This document shows positions 8,218-16,045 of a stretch of 20,000 nt of DNA, one piece after another. The stretch lies in IMG/VR virus record IMGVR_UViG_3300033149_004321. One strand, written 5' to 3'. Positions within the stretch are counted from its first letter, which is position 1. Each line of letters begins with the position of its first letter. The notes beneath the pieces are model-generated. The model saw only the letters and a program-made list of their open reading frames with translations, did not search any database and was not told where the DNA came from. Source of the DNA: an uncultured virus (IMG/VR IMGVR_UViG_3300033149_004321). Its lineage: Duplodnaviria > Heunggongvirae > Uroviricota > Caudoviricetes. Both the position numbers and the translations under genes were made by a program.

Positions 8218-8493
8218 TTACTCCGTTTCCAGAATAGCAAATTTTTTGTAACTTCTCAAATGCCTTTCCAATCTATTTACTAATTCTAAAACTCTTTTTG
8301 GCAATTCTTCTTTTGGTATATAATCTAATTCATCAGCCAAACCCCTTGCAAAGAAAGTATATCCGTTTTCCACAAAGAATTTAGAATGAAGCTGATTATA
8401 TTTTTTTAGCCAGTTGAATAAAGATTTAATGTCTATTATTTTGTCAGCTACTTTTTGTTTTTTCCCGTCTATATTTTTTAATGTGAAAAGCAT
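8218..8493 (-). CDS. Hypothetical protein, 91 aa
   Basis: ORF tightly packed within the head operon; no recognised motif. Confidence 0.75.
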   Translation of the reverse strand: MLFTLKNIDGKKQKVADKIIDIKSLFNWLKKYNQLHSKFFVENGYTFFARGLADELDYIPKEELPKRVLELVNRLERHLRSYKKFAILETE

Positions 8494-8499
8494 AATTAA

Positions 8500-8622
8500 T
8501 TATTTTTTTTCTTTTGGTTTTATCTTTCTATCCGACTCTTTTATCTTATAAGGATTATATTTCAGTGAAGCCGTTTCATCGTTTATTGTAAACACAACTT
8601 TATCTTTTTTTTTCTTTTTCAT
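8500..8622 (-). CDS. Small Lys-rich protein, 40 aa (absent from the ORF track)
   Basis: ATGA overlap with the upstream stop; MKKKKKDKVVFTINDETASLKYNPYKIKESDRKIKPKEKK; exactly fills the gap. Confidence 0.6.
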   Translation of the reverse strand: MKKKKKDKVVFTINDETASLKYNPYKIKESDRKIKPKEKK

Positions 8623-9332
8623 AACGCAACCCTCTTATAATCTAAATCTAAAGTTGAACTTATTGTTTGTATTATTCTATGACTATGCTCTTGGAAAGTT
8701 AATGTTCCAGCATCTTCAGGTGATAAACCTTTTTCATCAATTAATCTCCAAAAATCCTTTTCAAATTTAGAATGAAGTGCCTTATTAGTATCATTATAAA
8801 TAGTCTCTAAACGATATGGTGTAGGCCAATATTTTTTTGGTTTCAATATGTATTCATATTTATCAGATATAACTCTTATTTCTTTTGCATTTATTTTATT
8901 TGCAAATATTATATCATCCATAGAAAAACTACAAGGATTAGGATGATTATGTATAAAAGTAGTTCCTTGTGCTTTCATTATGTCTGATTCAGTAAATTCA
9001 ACCTTATTAACTGTTCCTCTTGTTTCAAGCACAGTATTTCCAGCATCATCAATTGCTATACTATGTTCTAAACCATCTTCATGGTATTTTTTCATCAAAT
9101 CTTTTTCTGCGTTATTTATAGCTTCTTTTCTTCCAGGTTCTTTAATGGTTTTTTCATTAACAACTTTCCCTTTCTTCTTGCTTTCATCTATTATCTTTTT
9201 CGCTTTCGGAGAAATCACTCCACTCAAAGTAGTTCCTGGTACAGTGCAAGGATTAAATTTTCCTTTTATAATTTGAACCGTGTCGGAACAAATAATATTA
9301 ACATCTTCTATTATCTCTTTCAAATCCATCAT
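8619..9332 (-). CDS. JAB/MPN-like metal-binding domain protein (RadC/JAMM-type motif)
   Basis: Upstream Glu (LEHSIAID) plus FIHNHPNPCSFSMDD = E...HxH-x5-S-x2-D; ATGA-coupled to the portal gene. Confidence 0.75.
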   Translation of the reverse strand: MMDLKEIIEDVNIICSDTVQIIKGKFNPCTVPGTTLSGVISPKAKKIIDESKKKGKVVNEKTIKEPGRKEAINNAEKDLMKKYHEDGLEHSIAIDDAGNTVLETRGTVNKVEFTESDIMKAQGTTFIHNHPNPCSFSMDDIIFANKINAKEIRVISDKYEYILKPKKYWPTPYRLETIYNDTNKALHSKFEKDFWRLIDEKGLSPEDAGTLTFQEHSHRIIQTISSTLDLDYKRVAL

Positions 9333-10807
9333 TCCGCAATATTTATCTCCTCAATTTTATTTCCAAGTTTATTCAAAACTTTCTCTATTTTCTCCTGAAA
9401 ATTCTCAATCGCTTCTATCATAATTTCATCTCGTTTTTTCAAGGTTTCCTGCTCGCCTAAATATCTGCCTGGTTCTTTTATTTCTTTCCCTTCACCAGGT
9501 TCTCCTGGTTCTTTGCCTGGGACAACATTCCCACTTACACTGCCTACAGGAATCAAAGTCGATTTGACGAAGTGCGTATCTCCACCTACATATTTTTCAC
9601 CTATTTCCTGCTCTTCTATTACTTGATTAGGTGTCTTTGCACCAATCTCAACAGCTATTCTACTTCTGTTCATTTTTTCAGTCTTATCATCGCCAAGTAT
9701 ATCAGACAAATCAAATCGCAAATATAGCGTTTCACCTTCCTTTGCAAACTCGGGTAATAGAAAAGCATTAATGGCACTTTCTATTTTATGTAGTTTCGGT
9801 TTCATGGTATGCTTATAAAATGCTTTTACTTGCATTCGATAATTATCAAACGTCATATTTTTTGTAATACCCAATATAGCGTTGTTAGTACCAAGAACCG
9901 CAAGTTGTTCTTCTCTATTCCATTCTCTTTGCAATCTGAATTCCATATCTTTTGGGTCCGTGCCTATTGCCTGAAATTTTAAATTAAAAGGTAATACAAC
10001 CGTTCCATGTGCTTTTGAATATCCCAAAGCCCACTCGTCCCACCTCAATTTTACTCTTTTCGCTGATTCTTCACCCATTCCTCTATCAGTGTATAATACA
10101 CCTCTCGGTGTAGCGTAATTTTTGAAAAAGTTTTGATTATAATTAATAGCATACTCTTCACTTTTAATCGTTTCTACCAAAGGTTTTATCGAACCCATAC
10201 CATACCAATCATTGAGAGGGTCAAAGTATTTTATGTGAACTATATCATCAACATCAAATTCTATTTCTTTTCCGCCTTGTTTTATTCTAAAAACATAACC
10301 TTTAACCTTTTTATTCTCTCCATCAGAAATTACTTTCATTCTATCAGGTCTTATTACGTGTAATTCTGCTGTTCTGTTTCCAAGTTTATTTGGTACTTTC
10401 TCCCAGTAAGCATTTCCGTTTAATTCAGTATAAAGCAAAGTTGATTCAAATAAATCAAACCTACTCATTGTATCATTAGGTTTTTCTAAAAGTTTTATAA
10501 CCGGATGTGTCGGGTCGGTTATTTCCTTTTCTTTTCCATCTTTCCCCTTACTGATAAGTTTGTAAGGCAAATCCGCTCCTGCCGTTGCTATAGCAAATAT
10601 AGAAGCGTATACCCAAGGCATGTCTTTATATACACGTGAAAAACTTTCATAATTATCAGGTATAGCTACACCTTTTTGTCCTGTATATAATCCTTCCAGT
10701 AAAAGCGGCCAAGTCTTGGAAGCTTTTTCAAGCCATTCCTTCTCTTCTTCTGGACTCACATAATCCCTGTGTAAAATGTTCTTAAAAAATTCTACCGTTT
10801 TCGACAT
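9329..10807 (-). CDS. Portal protein, HK97 family
   Basis: PWVYASIFAIA, LLEKPN, LNGNAYWE, IRPDRM, DIVHIKYFDPLNDWYGMGSI, FFKNYATPRGVL, KDMEF, TPNQV motifs; follows terL. Confidence 0.95.
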   Translation of the reverse strand: MSKTVEFFKNILHRDYVSPEEEKEWLEKASKTWPLLLEGLYTGQKGVAIPDNYESFSRVYKDMPWVYASIFAIATAGADLPYKLISKGKDGKEKEITDPTHPVIKLLEKPNDTMSRFDLFESTLLYTELNGNAYWEKVPNKLGNRTAELHVIRPDRMKVISDGENKKVKGYVFRIKQGGKEIEFDVDDIVHIKYFDPLNDWYGMGSIKPLVETIKSEEYAINYNQNFFKNYATPRGVLYTDRGMGEESAKRVKLRWDEWALGYSKAHGTVVLPFNLKFQAIGTDPKDMEFRLQREWNREEQLAVLGTNNAILGITKNMTFDNYRMQVKAFYKHTMKPKLHKIESAINAFLLPEFAKEGETLYLRFDLSDILGDDKTEKMNRSRIAVEIGAKTPNQVIEEQEIGEKYVGGDTHFVKSTLIPVGSVSGNVVPGKEPGEPGEGKEIKEPGRYLGEQETLKKRDEIMIEAIENFQEKIEKVLNKLGNKIEEINIAE

Positions 10808-10820
10808 ATCTATTCCTTTC

Positions 10821-13250
10821 TTATATTAAATAAATATCTACGTCATCACCAAAACCAGGGTCAGCGAAAGCCATTACAATAGCATCCGTTTCATCTGGCG
10901 ACCTTTGTCCTCGACTTTTCATGTCCTGTTTTGATTCTATTTGTATTTTCTTTTCACGTGATATTTTATATTTTATACCAGACATTTGTGAAATAAGTTC
11001 AGGATCGTTTGGTATATCTACCTTCCCTTCTTCAAGTTTCTTTTCCCCAGCAATGAATTCCCTAACATCAATTTTTAACTGTTTTAATCTGTCATAAACA
11101 CCGCTACCAACTCCGACCGTATCAACTAAAGTGATAACTCCCGTCTCATTTTCAAAACTATCTTCCTTTTTCTCATCTTCTTTTTTTTCTCTTGCTTCAT
11201 TATATTCAGATATTTCTTCTTCAACTATCTTACCCGTTTCTTCAACCGTTTCCATAGTGTCTAATTTCGTGTCCTTGAATCTTATTCTTACTTTATTCCC
11301 TTTCCGAACTGCTACCACAATTTTATCACCGCCATACCTTGCAGGGTCAATATCACTGTTATCTGGTTCTGTTTCTCTTTCAGCCGCCTGCTTTACAAGA
11401 TGATATGGAAATACAAAATTACCAGCCTGTGAAAAAACCCACAATCCTTCAACATACTTTTTGACAAGTTCGGGGGGTAAACCCTTTCTCAATCTCTGCT
11501 CGTAATCCTTTGGCAAATAAGGATTATCCTTTATCCTTGAAGGAATAAATCTATAATCTGGGTCCGGGTTCTCCACAAACGTATCGTGTACCCAACCTAT
11601 TTCTGGGTTGCTTGTACACAACCCTTTATAAATGGGTCTTGTTCCATTCGGTAAAAGTATTCTCAATCTTGTTAGCAATAGTTCAAAATATTCCTTTGTA
11701 GTTTCTGAAGCTTCATCAATACCAAACCACCCAAGCGTCATTGACTTAATCCTATCAACTGGTTTGTCTGTTTGTGTGGGTTTCAATCCTCCGTAATATA
11801 TAGCCGAACCATTTATAAATTTAATAACCTGTTCACTCTTATTATGTTGCTTCACCGTTTTATCCCAAAGCCTACGAATGAGAACCTCCTCCAATAAAGT
11901 AAGTAAAGTCGTTTTTTTGAAAGTCGTATTTTCATGTCTGCAAAGATAACCCCTGTTTCCGGGAAAGATTAAACTCAATAAGACTGCATACCAACAAAGC
12001 CAAATGCTATTATGAGTTACTATAAAATCATCTGTTATATATAAACCATTTGGATTATCAACAGTAATACATTGTGCTTCTTCTTTTCCAACGTATTCAA
12101 CATCTATAATTCTTCTTGACAATTCAGAAACCCCACCATTAAAACCATTATTCATTCTTTCTCTTTTCCTTGAAAGAAAAACAAGCTGGTCATTTATTTT
12201 CGTATTAAAATAAATCGTATATGCCTTCTGTCCATTAAATTTCACATCCTTATAAACATAAGTAGGTATTTTATCCGTTATTGTAGCTTTCCCCCCTAAA
12301 GAATGAATAACAAATTGAAAATCTTTTGCTAACTTTTTGCTAACTGTCATATATGACATATGACCCCTATCATCCACATAACCATCCGAATCCATAAGTC
12401 CTTGAATCAATTCTATTCTTTCTTCAATAGTCCCCCATTTATAATATTTAGGAATAAACTTATTATTTGCTATGCAACCAAATATACCTAATTTTTCCAA
12501 TTTATTTTTCAAAATTTTATTTTTATCTTCTATATACCAAGATTTTTTATTTTTACCACATTTTACCTTATACCCATATTCTTTCAATCTTTTACTTATT
12601 TCAATATCAAGTGATGTATAACTGATAAAATTGCTCTTATTAGTTAAACTACCATCACCAATTAAAATACCCAATAAATATGGTTCAACTGTTCTTGGAT
12701 TAACTGAATATGACTTTGTAAACCTTAATGGTTTACATAAAGGAATAAGTAAATTAACTCCTTTAATATAAGCTTTCTTATCTGCTTTTTCTTTATTTCG
12801 CAAAAATTCTATAATTTGTTGTGTTGTCCAAATCCTGCTTTCGCCTTGACAAAAATCAGTATCAACCAAATAATTCCAATCTTTTCTCTTTGTTTTATGT
12901 GGCATTGTCTTTTTAATAAGCCATAAGTGTTCAAGACCAACTTTAGTTGAAGCTCCATCTGCAAAGGTAATTCGATATAAATCTTTAACTCCTTGTGGAT
13001 GAACAGCAATAACTTTTTGTGGGGAACCATTAGGATTAAGAATGTTATCCCCTACTTTTATATCCCCCATTTTTCTTGTACCATAAGGCGTATATACAAT
13101 AGAATCAAGGGACTGTAGCTTCCCCCCGCCGACGGCGCCTCCAAATAATATATAGAGTTCTTCTGCTGAAACCGCCATCCTTTGTTGCTTATGCAATTCA
13201 GGCATCAATACATCTATTGATTCAATTTTCTTTTTTCTTGCTTTTGCCAC
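10821..13250 (-). CDS. terL: Terminase large subunit, intein-containing (about 439 aa after splicing)
   Basis: Walker A GGAVGGGK[intein]S, Walker B FGIDEA, coupling motif TSNP, DNPYL, nuclease DPARYGGD, VDTVGVG and RSPDETDA; SD AGGTGA before GTG. Confidence 0.95.
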   Translation of the reverse strand: MAKARKKKIESIDVLMPELHKQQRMAVSAEELYILFGGAVGGGKLQSLDSIVYTPYGTRKMGDIKVGDNILNPNGSPQKVIAVHPQGVKDLYRITFADGASTKVGLEHLWLIKKTMPHKTKRKDWNYLVDTDFCQGESRIWTTQQIIEFLRNKEKADKKAYIKGVNLLIPLCKPLRFTKSYSVNPRTVEPYLLGILIGDGSLTNKSNFISYTSLDIEISKRLKEYGYKVKCGKNKKSWYIEDKNKILKNKLEKLGIFGCIANNKFIPKYYKWGTIEERIELIQGLMDSDGYVDDRGHMSYMTVSKKLAKDFQFVIHSLGGKATITDKIPTYVYKDVKFNGQKAYTIYFNTKINDQLVFLSRKRERMNNGFNGGVSELSRRIIDVEYVGKEEAQCITVDNPNGLYITDDFIVTHNSIWLCWYAVLLSLIFPGNRGYLCRHENTTFKKTTLLTLLEEVLIRRLWDKTVKQHNKSEQVIKFINGSAIYYGGLKPTQTDKPVDRIKSMTLGWFGIDEASETTKEYFELLLTRLRILLPNGTRPIYKGLCTSNPEIGWVHDTFVENPDPDYRFIPSRIKDNPYLPKDYEQRLRKGLPPELVKKYVEGLWVFSQAGNFVFPYHLVKQAAERETEPDNSDIDPARYGGDKIVVAVRKGNKVRIRFKDTKLDTMETVEETGKIVEEEISEYNEAREKKEDEKKEDSFENETGVITLVDTVGVGSGVYDRLKQLKIDVREFIAGEKKLEEGKVDIPNDPELISQMSGIKYKISREKKIQIESKQDMKSRGQRSPDETDAIVMAFADPGFGDDVDIYLI
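12009..13118 (-). mobile_element. Class-3-type intein (370 aa) with LAGLIDADG homing endonuclease, inserted in the terL Walker A
   Basis: Starts LQSLDSIVYTPYG; EHLW in block B; LLGILIGDG and IQGLMDSDG endonuclease motifs; AQCITVD in block F; ends FIVTHN followed by Ser. Confidence 0.92.
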
Positions 13251-13258
13251 TCAATCAC

Positions 13259-13888
13259 CTAAATCATATGATTTAAAATCTTTCCAACTAAATCACCGTT
13301 ACATCTATAACAGTTATCATAAATGGAAATCAAATCGTTTGTCTTTCTGTTTCTGTAAACATTTTCTCCCCATTCAGCTCCACATATACCACAAAAACAA
13401 TGAAAGAATGCATCTTCATATATAATACAATCTTCTGGTATTTTTGATAAGTCTATTTTTCTGAATTCTAAATTCAAATCACGCCTAACCTTTATATAAT
13501 CTTTTTTTTCTATTTTCTCCTTAACAACATCAAAACTGAATATATTTCTATTATTTCTTTCCAACACATAACTTTCTACATCTTCAAATAACATCTTTTC
13601 CATCACACTTTTTGGTTGTATCGTTTTGAAATAAGAATAAGAAGATTCAACAAGGCTTGGTATGGATAAATTCTTTTGTCTGATATGTTTTGGTATCTTA
13701 AAGCTCCATCGAGCAGATTGATTACTATCAGGTTGGCTCACGTTCAATACAAAATACAATCTATCGTTCAAAGATAATATTCTATTGCCCTTTTTGCTTA
13801 ATACTATTTTCTCTTTTGCCAATCTGTCGCAAAGACAAGACAAAACTTTCAACAGGAAACTCAAGGACTTTCCAATTAAAATTTTCAT
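13259..13888 (-). CDS. Hypothetical protein with C-terminal Zn-finger-like motif
   Basis: Likely start ATG 13888 after GGAGAG; HCFCGICG...CYRCNG at the C-terminus; ends 8 nt before terL. Confidence 0.7.
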   Translation of the reverse strand: MKILIGKSLSFLLKVLSCLCDRLAKEKIVLSKKGNRILSLNDRLYFVLNVSQPDSNQSARWSFKIPKHIRQKNLSIPSLVESSYSYFKTIQPKSVMEKMLFEDVESYVLERNNRNIFSFDVVKEKIEKKDYIKVRRDLNLEFRKIDLSKIPEDCIIYEDAFFHCFCGICGAEWGENVYRNRKTNDLISIYDNCYRCNGDLVGKILNHMI

Positions 13889-14169
13889 AAATTTTTGTCT
13901 CTCCAAAAAGATATAATTCTTCAAAAAAAGAAAATAATTCTTTTGTTTTAAAGAAACAAGAAAAAATAATTAAATTAATTTTCTCATTTTGGGATTTTAT
14001 TTTGTATATTGTTATGAAAAGGCGTTGTTCTGAATGATTTATTGATAAAAGCAGGAACTAAAGTTATTAATGATGAAGAAAACTGTGATATTAATCTCAA
14101 CCCTATGAAACTGGAAAAAGATACGATTATAAAAATTATGAAATAATTAATTACAAAAGGAATCCAATT

Positions 14170-14574
14170 ATGAGCATTAAAAATATAACAAATAAAAATA
14201 AGATAAACCCTTATTTCCCAAAGGACTATGAAAAGAGGCTGGAAGAAGAAAAAACAATTGAAATAAATACTACTGAAAACCAAAAAGAAAATTTCCAAAG
14301 CCCTAATCACATTGATTCTGCTCCCATCTCCATAATATCAAATATAACAGCTCCTTTATTTGAAAATGTTATCGACCTTTGCGAAAAACAAATGAAACTG
14401 AATAGTTACAAAGACCACTGGTCAACGAGGTCAAATATATATCTGTTCAGAAACTTGTTGAACAAATTAGATGAACTTGAACAGGCAGAGACAAGGGATA
14501 AGACATTGGAATATTGTGCTGATGCTATAAATTATTTGCTTATGATTGTCGATAACGAAAAGAGAAAGGAATAA
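14170..14574 (+). CDS. Hypothetical protein: terminase-like N-terminal peptide plus MazG-like all-alpha C-terminal domain
   Basis: NPYFPKDYEKRL near the N-terminus; C-terminal KLNSYKDHW...YL...LDEL...EYCADAINYLLMIVD resembles small phage all-alpha NTP-pyrophosphatase-like proteins (recalled consensus EAADVANFAMMIAD). Confidence 0.7.
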   Translation: MSIKNITNKNKINPYFPKDYEKRLEEEKTIEINTTENQKENFQSPNHIDSAPISIISNITAPLFENVIDLCEKQMKLNSYKDHWSTRSNIYLFRNLLNKLDELEQAETRDKTLEYCADAINYLLMIVDNEKRKE

Positions 14575-14582
14575 TCAATTTT

Positions 14583-14909
14583 ATGGAGACAAATAGAGAT
14601 AAAATAATTTCCCATTGCCGAATAGGTAGAGAAAACAAAATGGGAAACTGGATAACAAAAACATATAAAATAGAAAAAATAAAACCTGAAAAAAGAGAAA
14701 TAATATCTGGTATTTTTACATGCGAAAAAGAATTAAAAGATTCAATAGAAAAAACAGTCCATTGGATGAAAAAGAATAACTACGATGTAAGTGTTGAATA
14801 TAAATATTTCCATGATGATAGATGTATGGTAGGTCATATTGATATACACGGTAAAAAATATTTTAAAAAGGGTCGAAGATATAAAATAGTTAAAATTGTA
14901 GATGATTAA
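14583..14909 (+). CDS. Hypothetical protein
   Basis: ORF in the plus-strand cluster; start may be ATG 14640. Confidence 0.65.
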   Translation: METNRDKIISHCRIGRENKMGNWITKTYKIEKIKPEKREIISGIFTCEKELKDSIEKTVHWMKKNNYDVSVEYKYFHDDRCMVGHIDIHGKKYFKKGRRYKIVKIVDD

Positions 14910-14969
14910 AAGAGAAAGGATAATAAAAAAATTAATAAACAAATTAAGAAAATATAATAGGAAGGAAAG

Positions 14970-15320
14970 ATGATTGACTTTTATCCTGTCCTGGTTGCCT
15001 TAACAATATTAAGTGCATGTTTTATTTATATTATTTATACTGACTGGAAAAAAAGAAAAAAACGAAAAGAATTATATAACGATAAAGAATTAAAAGCTTC
15101 CCTGCTTTGGTTCAAAGATTATGCTGAAAACTTTTTAGAAAAAGAAGAAGCAATAAGATATAAAAACACAATATTACAAATGCTGAACAACCACACACCT
15201 AAAGAAGAAATAAAAGCATATATTGAACACATAAAACCTTTTCAAGAAATGCTTGGAAAATTAAATAAATTAAATTGGAATAGAAAGGAAATTTCTAATT
15301 ATAAAACTAAAAAATTTTAA
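14970..15320 (+). CDS. Hypothetical single-pass membrane protein
   Basis: N-terminal hydrophobic helix (PVLVALTILSACFIYIIY) followed by KKRKKRK; AGGAAGG SD. Confidence 0.75.
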   Translation: MIDFYPVLVALTILSACFIYIIYTDWKKRKKRKELYNDKELKASLLWFKDYAENFLEKEEAIRYKNTILQMLNNHTPKEEIKAYIEHIKPFQEMLGKLNKLNWNRKEISNYKTKKF

Positions 15321-15339
15321 ATTATTTGGAGAAAGTAAA

Positions 15340-15732
15340 ATGGAAAAAGAATATGATTTTTCTCCGGATGATGTTATTGCGGGAATTTTGGCTTATTCAG
15401 AGTTAAAAGAAATGACTAGTTCAAAGGATAAGATTCATAAAATTATTTTTAACTTAAAAGAAGAATCAAAATCAGAACATCCTGAATTATTAGAAGATTT
15501 GAATTTCCCTCAAAACAATGTTTATCCTTTTTCAAGAGAATTGGAAAGCATTTTAATAGGTTTACAGATTAGTGGTATAATTGAAGCCAAAAATACTAAA
15601 TATTTAGAGTATTTAATTGACGAATCTGGAAGAGAGTATATAAAAAATGAATTGATAAAGAATTTTGATATTGAGCAAAAAGAATATATAAAAGAGTTAG
15701 GAAAGCGATTTAATGAATTGATAAAAGAATAA
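15340..15732 (+). CDS. Winged-helix protein, possibly Panacea/SocA(DUF4065)-like
   Basis: KIHKIIF...F...YPFSRELESILIGLQISGII...YLIDESG resembles the GPxSxEL...L...G pattern; GGAG SD. Confidence 0.55.
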   Translation: MEKEYDFSPDDVIAGILAYSELKEMTSSKDKIHKIIFNLKEESKSEHPELLEDLNFPQNNVYPFSRELESILIGLQISGIIEAKNTKYLEYLIDESGREYIKNELIKNFDIEQKEYIKELGKRFNELIKE

Positions 15733-15853
15733 AAAATGCTAAAACAGTAAATCAATTGCATAAAGACGAAGAACCTCTTTTTTATATTTTTTTGTAAAAA
15801 ATTTAACGTCGTTTTTCACATCAGAAAACTTTAATTTTTCCTGGATTTTTTAC

Positions 15854-16045
15854 ATGACAAAGAAAAAAGATTTTTCAAAGTCATTAAAAAACTACGAAAG
15901 CAAATGGGTAGCGTTATCATTCAATCAGAAGAAGATAGTATCATCTTCAAATAATCCAAAACAAGCATTAAAATTAGCTATAGAAAAAGGCGAGAAAAAC
16001 CCATTAGTGTTTAAAGTGTTAAACAACCATTATCGTTATTTCTGA
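15854..16045 (+). CDS. DUF5678-like small protein
   Basis: LKNYESKWVAL...IVSSS...ALKLAIEKGEKNPLVFKV matches the recalled YxGKWVA...IVA...P..FKV pattern. Confidence 0.7.
   Translation: MTKKKDFSKSLKNYESKWVALSFNQKKIVSSSNNPKQALKLAIEKGEKNPLVFKVLNNHYRYF

Noticed and set aside
9129..9484. IKEPGR hexapeptide shared by the portal C-terminus and the JAB protein linker
   Set aside because: Too short and in low-complexity K/E/P/G linkers; cannot be distinguished from chance.
1497..11403. Plus-strand ORFs in the track (1497, 1911, 2640, 3568, 4069, 4146, 6676, 7807, 8980, 9081, 10133, 11131)
   Set aside because: All lie antisense to well-supported structural genes and most have Ser/Phe-rich shadow composition.
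12809..13030. Alternative-frame ORF inside the terL intein
   Set aside because: Fully nested in a conserved coding frame; no recognisable motif.
14014..14146. Possible short plus-strand ORF (KGVVLNDLLIKAGTK...IMK)
   Set aside because: The nearby ATG is out of frame and there is no SD; too weak to call.
13984..15761. Minus-strand hydrophobic ORFs (13984, 14742, 15522)
   Set aside because: Phe/Ile-rich antisense shadows of Lys/Glu-rich plus-strand genes.
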